DNA of 32,000 nucleotides, from NCBI GenBank assembly GCA_965231145.1, contig OZ246420.1:240001-272000 (forward strand). Reading direction: 5' to 3'. The notes beneath the pieces were generated by a model. It searched no databases, was not told the DNA's origin, and saw only the letters and a program-made list of their open reading frames with translations. The DNA is from Candidatus Saccharimonadota bacterium (GTDB lineage Bacteria; Patescibacteriota; Gracilibacteria; Absconditabacterales; Absconditicoccaceae). Shown here piece by piece: positions 11,810 through 20,187 of the stretch; the stretch's first letter is position 1, and each line of letters begins with the position of its first letter. A program made the position numbers and the translations under genes.

Positions 11810-12382
11810 TTAGTGGCTAGTATGAGAAATAACTTTCCCGTCATCTGTATGATAGAAATCTTCATTGAGCATTTCTCCTTTGAGCATCTTGGGGAGCCAT
11901 GTTCTGTCGCTTTCCCACATCTTTTCCCATGGTAAATCAGCTAGGTCAAAATATTTTATTTCTGCCATCTCATCACTATCTTTAAATCCACCTGCGTAGT
12001 TCATGAGCTTGTAGACATTGCACTCGTTGTCCCAAGCTTTCTTGGTTTCAAAATGAAAACGAACAACCCCGACAAATTCTAATTGTCTTTCTGATACGAT
12101 GATGCCAAATTCTTGCTGGAGTTCTCTGAGCGCACAATCGATGATGGTCTCCTGATGTTCTCTTTTCCCTCCCGCTGTATTTACTTTCTCCACTGAAACA
12201 TCAAAGCCAGAATCGCTTTTTTTCTTCACCGCTAAAAGCATTTCTCCTTCAGGATTGAACACATAGACGAGGGTCGTCTGTTTCATGAGAGGTTCTTTTT
12301 CTATGCTTCCTTCAGCTTGTATCGATGAGCTGTTTGCTGCTTCATCGAGCTGAGAACTATTGTTGCGAGAGACCGTATTCAT
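11810..12382 (-). CDS. NUDIX hydrolase, MTH1/NUDT1-like paralog, 190 aa (or 158 aa from ATG at 12286)
   Basis: NUDIX box GGKREHQETIIDCALRELQQEFGI and the tail LPWEKMWESDRTWLPKML. From the internal ATG at 12284-12286 it would match the length of the neighbouring paralog. Confidence 0.8.
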   Translation of the reverse strand: MNTVSRNNSSQLDEAANSSSIQAEGSIEKEPLMKQTTLVYVFNPEGEMLLAVKKKSDSGFDVSVEKVNTAGGKREHQETIIDCALRELQQEFGIIVSERQLEFVGVVRFHFETKKAWDNECNVYKLMNYAGGFKDSDEMAEIKYFDLADLPWEKMWESDRTWLPKMLKGEMLNEDFYHTDDGKVISHTSH

Positions 12383-12461
12383 GAGGAAAAAAGAGCTATA
12401 AAACCTGTAGATTATGCAGTAAGTGTAACCATTCTTTGTTCTAGGTCAAATGAGTATTACG

Positions 12462-12490
12462 AAAAAAGAGCCATAATCCTGCAGCTCTTT
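12462..12490 (-). terminator. rho-independent terminator of ftsH
   Basis: AAGAGC/GCTCTT stem (12466-12471 / 12484-12489), followed on the minus strand by a T-run. Confidence 0.55.
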
Positions 12491-12507
12491 TCTCTCTAAA
12501 TTTTGCC

Positions 12508-14460
12508 CTATTTCGACTCTACTTTCTTTAGTTCATCGCGATACTCATCGAGCATTGTCTGAGTTAGAGTGTCAGCATTGTCTGGGTTTTTCATGACGCT
12601 TTCGAATTCTTCTTTCGTGAGATATTCTTTTTCATAGAGGACGGAGAAGAGTTTTTCCATGAGATCCTTATTTTTGGTGAGAATCTCTTTAGATTTTGCA
12701 TAGGCGTCAGCAACGAGTGCTTTCACCTTGCTGTCTATCATCTCTGCAGTTTTTTCTGAGTATGGTTTGTACATCTGATACTCGCTGCTTCCTTCTTTTG
12801 GAGCATATTGCAATGTTCCAAGCTCATCGTCCATACCATACTTTGTCATCATATCGTAAGCTATCTTTGTGACTCTTTCAAAGTCATTTGATGCACCAGT
12901 GGTAATATGTTCTTTTCCAAAGAAGATCTCTTCAGCAGCACGTCCACCGAGGAGTGAAACCATCTCGTCGAGGAACTTAGCTTTGCTGTATAAGTACTTA
13001 TCTTCCTGAGGCATCATCCATGTGACACCAAGAGCCATACCACGAGAGACGATAGAGATCTTCTCGACAGGGTCTGATTCCTTCAGATTAAATGCTGTTA
13101 CAGCATGTCCTAGTTCATGGTATGTCACTATCTTTTTTTCTTGTTCTCTGAGTGATTTAATTTTCTTTTCTGGTCACATAACGACCTTTTCAAGACCGTA
13201 GTCTAAGTCTTTATTTGTAATAGCGACTCTGTTTTCTTTCGCAGTCTTGAGCGCAGCTTCATTGAGTATATTTTCTATGTCAGCTCCGACAAATCCACTT
13301 GTCTTACGAGCAAGTGCATCGAGATCAACACTCTTGTCTATTTTCTTGTTCTTCAGATGATACTTGATAATCAATACTCTTTCTTCAAGCGTTGGACGAC
13401 TTACCATAACTTTACGATCGAATCTTCCTGAACGAAGGAGTGCAGGATCGAGTGTGTCTGGTCTGTTTGTTGCAGCGATAACAATGACGCGTGTTTCCTG
13501 TTCAAATCCGTCCATTTCTGTGAGAATCTGATTGAGTGTTTGTTCCTGTTCTTGATGACCTCCGGTAAATCCTGCGCCACGTCTTTTCCCGATAGCATCG
13601 ATCTCATCGATAAAGATGATAGATGGAGCAGCAGCTTTTGCTTTGGTGAAAAGCTCTCTTACTTTTGCAGCACCCATACCTACGAGCATTTCCATAAATT
13701 CAGAACCACTAGCAGAAAAGAATGGTACATTTGCTTCGCCTGCTACGGCTCTTGCGAGAAGTGTTTTACCACTACCAGGTTGTCCAAAGAGGAGTACACC
13801 TTTTGGTACACGAGCGCCAGCTTTTGAAAACTTGGTTGGATTTTTCAGGAACTCTACGATCTCGACAAGTTCTTCTTTTGCCTCGTCCATACCTGCCACA
13901 TCAGCAAATCTTGTTGTGCTTTCTTTTTTGCTTTTGAGCTTTCCTGCTTGGATATTAAATGGCAATCCACCTCCCTTTGGACTCATCATGCGGAAGAGGA
14001 AGATGGCTATGACGAGGAAGAAAAGCATAGGTACGATCGTTTCCATGAAGAGCTTTGACCATACATTTTGCTCTTCGAGAGAAGAGCTGATCGCCGTACT
14101 TCCGGTAAGGGAAATACCAAGATCTTTCAATGATGTCGTTGCAGGTTTCTGTGCTGAAAAAACATTATAATAGACTACTTTAACGTTGCTCTGCAGAGAC
14201 ATAAGCGGAACATTCCCTTCTTTATTTTCTTCCTGATATCCTTCGAGAAGCGTATCGTTGACTACTTTTACTTTGTCAAAGGAACCGCTTTGGTAGAGTG
14301 AAAGCCATGTTGTAAGATCCATAGATGTTTCTTTGTCTGTTTTTTCTATGATTTTTTCGCCTTTTTCATTGGTCGTGATTTCGTAATTAGTATTGATGAA
14401 ATATAATACTCCTGTTATCACTAGTGCAAATATAATAAACCAACGTAATCCCTTTTTCAT
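12508..14460 (-). CDS. ftsH: ATP-dependent zinc metalloprotease FtsH, 650 aa (1 TGA-Gly)
   Basis: Walker A GQPGSGKT, Walker [32 protein letters not shown] and zinc motif HELGH are all present. ORFs 13174-14460 and 12508-13128 share a frame. The junction reads VVM-G-PEKK, the conserved GPEKK. Confidence 0.95.
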
Positions 14461-14632
14461 GTGTCGACGACAAGCTTAGAACATAAAACCTAAAGAAACT
14501 TTAGGAGATTTACACTATAGGCAAATAGAGGGGGCATTGCAAGAATAGTATCTATAGATGCAGGATAGAATAGATGAGGCTAATATTCTCATGCATGGTT
14601 GATTTTTCGCGTATAATCACTATAGTATCAGG

Positions 14633-15235
14633 ATGAGTTATAATCCATATGACCACTACTTTAAACAAGCAAAGAAGTCCTGATATAAAGCCAGGAGCGC
14701 TTTTAAGTTGGAGGAAATAGACCAAAAATATAAGATTTTCGATAGAAATGTAAAAAGTGTTATGGATATCTGATGTTCGCCAGGGTCATGGATGCAATAT
14801 GCGCATGAACATTTGAAGAAAAATAATATCAAAAATCCAGTTATCATCGGATTTGATATTAAACCAGCGACAGTGGAAATGCCAGGCGTGCATTGGTATG
14901 TACAGGATATCCAAGACACGGAAGCCGTCAGGAAACTCATTGGAAATCATGGAGTTGAGAAGTTTGACGCCATTATCTCCGATATGGCGCCAAACACCAT
15001 TGGCTTCCGTAACATTGATGCGATGAGAAGCGTGGAGCTTCTTCGTACAACACTCCCACTCTATGAACAGTTTTTAAAAAACGGCTGAAAAGCCGTCATC
15101 AAGATATTTATGTGACCGTGATTTGAAGAGTTTCTCGCAGAATTTAAGGCGATCGTGGGAGCAAAAAATGTAAAAGTGTTTAAGCCAAGCGCATGTAGAA
15201 AGGAGAGCAAGGAGACGTATATTGTGAAGTTCTAA
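14633..15235 (+). CDS. rlmE: 23S rRNA 2'-O-ribose (U2552-type) methyltransferase RlmE/FtsJ, 200 aa (5 TGA-Gly)
   Basis: YFKQAKKSGYKARSAFKLEEID, the SAM motif DI-G-CSPGSW with TGA at 14771-14773, KNGGKAVIKIFMGPGF and KPSACRKESKETYIV. Ends TAA. Confidence 0.9.
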
Positions 15236-15256
15236 TGATAACGATGCAGCTCTATT

Positions 15257-15286
15257 AAAAAACCGCCTTGAGGGCGGTCTTTTTTT
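15257..15286. terminator. bidirectional rho-independent terminator (rlmE and the convergent 15285-16022 gene)
   Basis: ACCGCC/GGCGGT stem (15262-15267 / 15273-15278) with an A-run upstream and a T-run at 15280-15286. Confidence 0.7.
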
Positions 15287-16022
15287 AATCTGTATCAGGA
15301 AGTGAAAATGTATCAAATACTTCTTTATCAGTCATTTCCCATGCCTTTTCTACTGCGTCAGGAAAGAATTTTACCGCATGAGGCTGAAAATATTGCCATT
15401 GGAGGAATCTGAATTTCTTTCTCATTTCTCCATTTAGTACGATAACAATGGCGTTTGGCCTCTGAGTAAGCTTATTTTCTGTGGCATGAATAAGACAAAA
15501 GTTTCATGAGAAATCGTCTAACATTCAACCAGGAAAATCTATCTTATCGTAATAACCTCCATTTCCATCTTCATCCCAAATATCGACATTATTCGCGGCA
15601 TTAATTTTGTCTCCATATTTTTCATTCACGTCATGTATTCTTTCTGGATGTTGCAAGAAAAGTACTTTTTCAACAGGCTTTGCATCATTTTTCTGAGGTA
15701 CAATGGTCTTCGCACGTTCTATAAATGCTATAATAGCCTTTCTTACAACATCTTGTTGATGTGTTCCTGCGCTAAATAAAAGCGTAAGTATTTTGAGATA
15801 CTCATCAATGGCTGATATATTGTTTGCTTCAAATGTACGAAAAGGCTTTTCGTATTCTCCCTGCCATCCTACACTAAGATCGCGTAGTGCAGATTTAATC
15901 TCTTTTTTTTGCTCAGGAGAAAAATGCTCAAAATTAAGAAGTATCTGAGATGCGGTCGCATTGTTTTGGCCATTAGTGAAGCTATCTGCATTCTCACTAT
16001 GAGATCCAACAGAATTAATCAT
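15285..16022 (-). CDS. hypothetical protein, 245 aa if TGA=Gly (2 TGA); TGA at 15525-15527 is followed directly by ATG
   Basis: ORF 15525-16022 ends in TGA. Read codon by codon, the frame stays open for 80 more codons (MLDDFSGNFCLIHATENKL..EKAWEMTDKEVFDTFSLPDTD) to TAA at 15285-15287. Confidence 0.5.
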
Positions 16023-16146
16023 GTTTGAATATTATTATCTAAACAATACGAGTATGATATGTTTTCTTTAAAATAAGTCAATCCCTTGAAAAATCCAAGG
16101 TAATCATTACTATTTCGCATAATTAGCTTCTCAAAAACAATATTTC

Positions 16147-17619
16147 ATGAAAATAGGACTCGTCGGGGCTACCAACGTAGGTAAATCGACACTTTTCAAT
16201 AGACTGCTCGGAAGTTACCGCGCAATTGTAACTGATATCCATGGGACGACCAGGGAGCTTTTGCGCGATCGCTCGATATTACAGGAGCTTGAAGGAACAG
16301 AAATTATCGACAGCCCGGGATTGGACAACTTCGATGCGGAGATTCCTTACATCCAAAAAATCATTGATGATGCAGATATTCTGCTTTTCGTTATTGACGG
16401 AAGAAAGGGTATGACAGCTAAGGAGGAAAAGATCAATGAGATGATTTTAGTCAGTGGAAGAAAAGAGAAGACTATAGCTGTTATCAATAAGCTGGAAGGA
16501 AACTTCATAGAAAAGAAATATACGCTTGCCATGGCTGATTACTATGGACTAGGGTATACAGAAACTATCGGTATCTCTGCAAAGCATGGAGAAAACCTTG
16601 ATTCATTGCTCGACGAGATCCATGTCATAGCGAAGAAGTATAAGCTCAGAGACAAGAATGCAGAGCAGCTAGCAGCTAGTGATAACGAGATTAACATAGC
16701 TATTGTTGGGAAGCCAAATGCCGGAAAATCATCGCTTCTCAATCATCTTGCAAAAGAAAAAATTGCACATGTTGATGAAAAACCAGGAACCACGCTTGAC
16801 TACATCGTGACAGATATCACCATGGGTCAGCAAACGTTCAGATTGTATGATACCGCAGGTATCCGCCGCGGGGCTAAGGCGGCGCAACTGGAGAAGATCG
16901 CTTGGGAGAAGACCTTTAAGATGATCGAGTTTGTCAGACCAGTCGTGGTTATGATGATAGATATTACGGAGTCGATCACTCATATGGATATGAAGATTAT
17001 TGGTGATATGATTCGTCACAATGTGCCGATTATTCTCGTACTCAATAAGATCGACCTTGTTGAGAAGAAAGAGCTTGAGCAGAAGATGGCGCTGATTATG
17101 AAATATCTTGAGATGGCAAAATGGATTCCGATTATCCCGATCTCAGCGCAAACAGGGCAGGGAGTGCAAAGCTTATTCTCGTTCATTAAGAAGATCCAGA
17201 AGGAGATGACACAACGTATTACGACGTCTCAGCTCAATAAGGTGCTTGGTGAAGCGATGATCAAAAGTCCTCCACGTTTCCCGAAAAATAAGATCTGTAA
17301 AATGTACTATGCATCTCAAGTTTCAGGTAATCCTCCAAGATTTGTGCTGTTCATCAACTCGATGGATAAGACAAACTTTGCTTATACAAAGTGGGTGGAA
17401 AACGTGATCCGTCGTGCGTTTGGATTTATCGGAGTGCCTATTGTCATCGAGTTTAAAGAGAAAGACGATAAGCATGCATGGAATGATAAGTCACATAGAT
17501 CAGAGAGCAAAGATCCGAAAGCAGAATCAAATGATGAAAATGTAGGGACGCATTATAATGCGTCCGATATTGAAGAGTATGATGATAGCGAAGATGAAGA
17601 AGATAATGATGAAGAATAA
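16147..17619 (+). CDS. der: ribosome-biogenesis GTPase Der/EngA, 490 aa, with acidic C-terminal tail
   Basis: Two G domains (GATNVGKST..DSPG..NKLE and GKPNAGKSS..DTAG..NKID) are followed by a KH-like domain and a tail EEYDDSEDEEDNDEE. No TGA. Confidence 0.95.
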   Translation: MKIGLVGATNVGKSTLFNRLLGSYRAIVTDIHGTTRELLRDRSILQELEGTEIIDSPGLDNFDAEIPYIQKIIDDADILLFVIDGRKGMTAKEEKINEMILVSGRKEKTIAVINKLEGNFIEKKYTLAMADYYGLGYTETIGISAKHGENLDSLLDEIHVIAKKYKLRDKNAEQLAASDNEINIAIVGKPNAGKSSLLNHLAKEKIAHVDEKPGTTLDYIVTDITMGQQTFRLYDTAGIRRGAKAAQLEKIAWEKTFKMIEFVRPVVVMMIDITESITHMDMKIIGDMIRHNVPIILVLNKIDLVEKKELEQKMALIMKYLEMAKWIPIIPISAQTGQGVQSLFSFIKKIQKEMTQRITTSQLNKVLGEAMIKSPPRFPKNKICKMYYASQVSGNPPRFVLFINSMDKTNFAYTKWVENVIRRAFGFIGVPIVIEFKEKDDKHAWNDKSHRSESKDPKAESNDENVGTHYNASDIEEYDDSEDEEDNDEE

Positions 17620-17635
17620 TATTTCCATATTGTAG

Positions 17636-17660
17636 GGACGAGGCAACGCCTCGTCCTTTT
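17636..17660 (+). terminator. rho-independent terminator after der
   Basis: 8-bp GC-rich stem GGACGAGG/CCTCGTCC with loop CAACG, followed by TTTT. Confidence 0.7.
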
Positions 17661-17787
17661 CGTATGTAGTTCACGTAGGATTGTTCATAGAAGATTGTTT
17701 CTGTCCCGCAGTATATACACATATGCCAATTGCAATGCAGCAATGAATTTATATAGTGCGAATAGTTTTATTTGATTATTGTTGTCT

Positions 17788-18435
17788 ATGGAAAGAGAGT
17801 ATCAGAATTTTTACCAGATTTTTAGACGTGAAGGATTGGCTTTCGGTTGGAAGCACGCAAAGAAAGACTTATGGTTTTTCTTGCAGATATTTATTGTCCT
17901 TGGTATAGCAAATGCGATCCCTGCTATTATCAATCTTATCTATGGATGGCCGCAAGATACTGATAACTTTGGGGATCCTATCGCATTTATCTTGAGTCTT
18001 GTTTTTAGTTTTGGGCTCATAAAGATCTTTTTGCATTTCGTGCATCAGAAAGCTGTCCGTATAAAAGATCTCTGGAATCATGATCGAATTCGCTTTCTGT
18101 GGTGGATTGTTGCAAGAGTGATCTCAGGTGTCCTGATTGTTCTTGGTTGTATCCTCCTTCTTATCCCGGGTATCTATGTTGCGGCAAGACTCTACTTATT
18201 TGAGTACTTTGTCGTGGACCAGAATATGACTGCAATCGAAGCAATTAGTGCAAGCTGGGAGGTAACAAAAGGTCATGTGCGGGAGATTATTGGTATCTGG
18301 CTTTTGTCACTTGGCATTTTCATCCTCGCTATTATCCCATTTGGAGTAGGACTTCTCTGGGCTGTTCCTACGGTAAAACTTGCACAGGCAACGCTCTATA
18401 AGAAACTTTCAGGACATGCACATCACATCTCATAA
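17788..18435 (+). CDS. integral membrane protein (possibly DUF975-like), 215 aa
   Basis: Intact ORF (the track starts at TTG 17779; the first ATG is at 17788). It has multiple TM helices and no TGA. The family assignment is tentative. Confidence 0.55.
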   Translation: MEREYQNFYQIFRREGLAFGWKHAKKDLWFFLQIFIVLGIANAIPAIINLIYGWPQDTDNFGDPIAFILSLVFSFGLIKIFLHFVHQKAVRIKDLWNHDRIRFLWWIVARVISGVLIVLGCILLLIPGIYVAARLYLFEYFVVDQNMTAIEAISASWEVTKGHVREIIGIWLLSLGIFILAIIPFGVGLLWAVPTVKLAQATLYKKLSGHAHHIS

Positions 18436-18847
18436 CATACGCGCACTCAGTCGAAAAGAGCCATATGGCTCGCTGATGCTTCATGGTAAAATAGAAACAA
18501 GGACCTGGTCGACGAACTATCGTTGACTGGTCCTTTTGTGTTGTAGCCAGAAATGATATTCAGATGCTGAATTGTTACAATGAGCCGGCGAAAAACAATT
18601 TTCCAGAATACAAAAACTCCTCGAGTGAGAGGAGTTACATCACGGCCATGCTATTGCAGTCGGTCGCCTTGTCGACTGCAGGCCAATGCGTCCGGAGGAC
18701 GCGGACTCCTGCTTCGTTGCATATCGTCCAGGACTATGGTGTCATATCTATGAGGATGTGAAATCTATTAAGCCATTTCCTTTCAAAGGAGCGCAGAGGT
18801 GGAAGGGTTTGATTGCTGAAGAACTATCTCAGATATATACAATATAA
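18416..18847 (+). CDS. ASCH-domain protein, 143 aa (4 TGA-Gly)
   Basis: IRALSRKEPYGSLMLHGKIETRTWSTNYRG-LVLLCCS..GHAIAVGRLVDC..PFPFKGAQRWKGL fits the ASCH pattern. The ATG at 18416 overlaps the previous gene by 20 nt. Ends TAA. Confidence 0.65.
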
Positions 18848-18854
18848 GAAATAA

Positions 18855-18882
18855 AAAAGCTCGGCATTCGCCGGCTTTTTTA
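18855..18882. terminator. terminator hairpin between convergent genes
   Basis: AAGC(T)CGGC/GCCGGCTT stem with one bulge and loop ATTC, flanked by an A-run and a T-run. Confidence 0.5.
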
Positions 18883-18932
18883 TAATATGTAATTTTGCTT
18901 TCTACATTTTGATTATGTGCGCTTCATACTCA

Positions 18933-19463
18933 CTAATTACTGATATGTAAAAGCTTTATGACGAGTTCTACCATGGGATCTGCTTGTGTACCGTAGACCA
19001 TAGCTCCTCATAATGCTCCAGTAATAGTAAGCGCTGCTATACCGCCGATAGCGAGGATAAAAAGAATTCCGGTTTTCTTGTAAAGAAACACTATTTTCTG
19101 GATGATCATGTGTAGCGTACTTCCGATGATCTTTTGTCACCAGCGAGTAGTTATCCCATCATAGAGAAACCATTGTCATATGTATCCAATGGCTGCAATT
19201 CCATAGCATCGTAAAGACGCATTTGCAAAAGTTTCATGCCATTCGAGTATATTGCGAATGCCACGTCATGCGTCTCCAGCTATTTCTCCTGTGGTAAGTG
19301 CGGCCTGGACACTGAGTAATCACACAATAAGAAGAAATAGCTTAATATACCACACTGTTTTGCTGTCACGTACTTTGCGGAACAGTGATAGTATCTCCAG
19401 TATACTATAAAGCGTTAGTAGGGCGATAGGGAAGTGTACTACAATTGGATGTAAATTTTCCAT
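18933..19463 (-). CDS. DUF2231-like membrane protein, 176 aa (5 TGA-Gly)
   Basis: I checked every codon and found no in-frame TAA or TAG. The N-terminus MENLHPIVVHFPIALLTLYS (HPxxVHFPIAL) and C-terminal ILFILAIGGIAALTITGALGGAMVYG are present. Ends TAG. Confidence 0.7.
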
Positions 19464-19571
19464 AGCGAGGCAATAAAAAATAAATGAATGAATAAATAAA
19501 TTATCTTTGGTATAGTCATACCTTATTTGTTTTCAATCACATTCTCTAAATACATTCTTATATTTTTTATT

Positions 19572-19610
19572 AAAAAAAATAGTATGTCCGTTTGTGTGGA
19601 GACATACTAT
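19572..19610 (-). terminator. rho-independent terminator of ybaB
   Basis: 9-bp stem TAGTATGTC/GACATACTA (19580-19588 / 19601-19609). A T-run follows on the minus strand (A-run 19572-19579 on plus). Confidence 0.6.
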
Positions 19611-19664
19611 TTATTCATTGGGAGTGTTTTTTTATGGAGATGTTTTTATGCAACGAATTGCATA

Positions 19665-20024
19665 CTACGATAATCCAGGCATTCATGGTATTCCGCCGCC
19701 TGATCCACCAAGCATACTGGCCATCTGAGAGGGGTCAAAACCAAGGATCTCTTTCGTCTTTTCAGTCGCGATCTCCTGTGCTTTTGCCTGTCCTTTTTCA
19801 AATGCTATTTGTATGGCTTGTTCGAGCTTTGTTTTGTGCTCTACCGACAACACGCTGTCATCTACAATTTCTACTTTCTTGATTTTCATTTCCGCTGATA
19901 TCTCTACGATCACGCTAGGCTGTTCCGTGTTGTCTTTTGCTCTGATGATGACTCCTTTCAAAGCCTCTTGTAGCTTCTTATATTTGTCATACATCTTTTT
20001 CATTTCTCCGAGCTGTCCAAACAT
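19665..20024 (-). CDS. ybaB: YbaB/EbfC family nucleoid-associated protein, 119 aa (1 TGA-Gly)
   Basis: MFGQLGEMKKMYDKYKKLQEAL.. matches the family. The track ORF ends in TGA at 19683-19685. Read-through gives the typical tail GGGIP-G-MPGLS and then TAG. Confidence 0.9.
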
Positions 20025-20087
20025 AGTAATCTGGGTAACAATGTAAAGGTCTTTTTTCTCATATATCTTGACTTCTTCCTATTTCTG

Positions 20088-20174
20088 GCAATTAGATATT
20101 AGATTTTAGATGATAGCAATAAAATGGTAATCTCTCTATTTTATGCCAAAATCTAACATCTATAATCTAACTGC
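20088..20174. repeat. TAGAT-rich palindromic intergenic element, copy B
   Basis: The terminal inverted repeats are GCAATTAGAT (20088-20097) and ATCTAACTGC (20165-20174). The right arm is 29/31 identical to the reverse complement of copy A's left arm. It lies between the tig stop and the ybaB start. Confidence 0.6.
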
Positions 20175-20187
20175 TATGAGTGATTAT

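Noticed and set aside
13616-14170. Long antisense ORFs: 13616-14170 (+) opposite ftsH, 20836-21438 (+) opposite tig, 27504-27926 (-) opposite obg
   Set aside because: They lie entirely inside well-supported conserved genes on the other strand. Their translations are low-complexity (Ser/Phe/Leu-rich). These are typical shadow ORFs.
14599-14617. TTGATT (14599-14604) plus TATAAT (14612-14617) as a canonical promoter for rlmE
   Set aside because: The spacer between the hexamers is only 7 nt, so they cannot work as a -35/-10 pair. The TATAAT box alone is noted, but I did not call it as a feature.
18564-18761. ORF-track ORF 18564-18761 (+), 65 aa
   Set aside because: It lies in a different frame from the ASCH-domain reading (18416-18847), which has recognisable family motifs across the same DNA.
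18937-19140. ORF-track ORF 18937-19140 (-), 67 aa, Arg/Tyr/Ser-rich
   Set aside because: It is out of frame with the DUF2231-like gene (18933-19463). That gene's frame gives a clean membrane-protein sequence with the HPxxVHFPIAL signature and no TAA/TAG.
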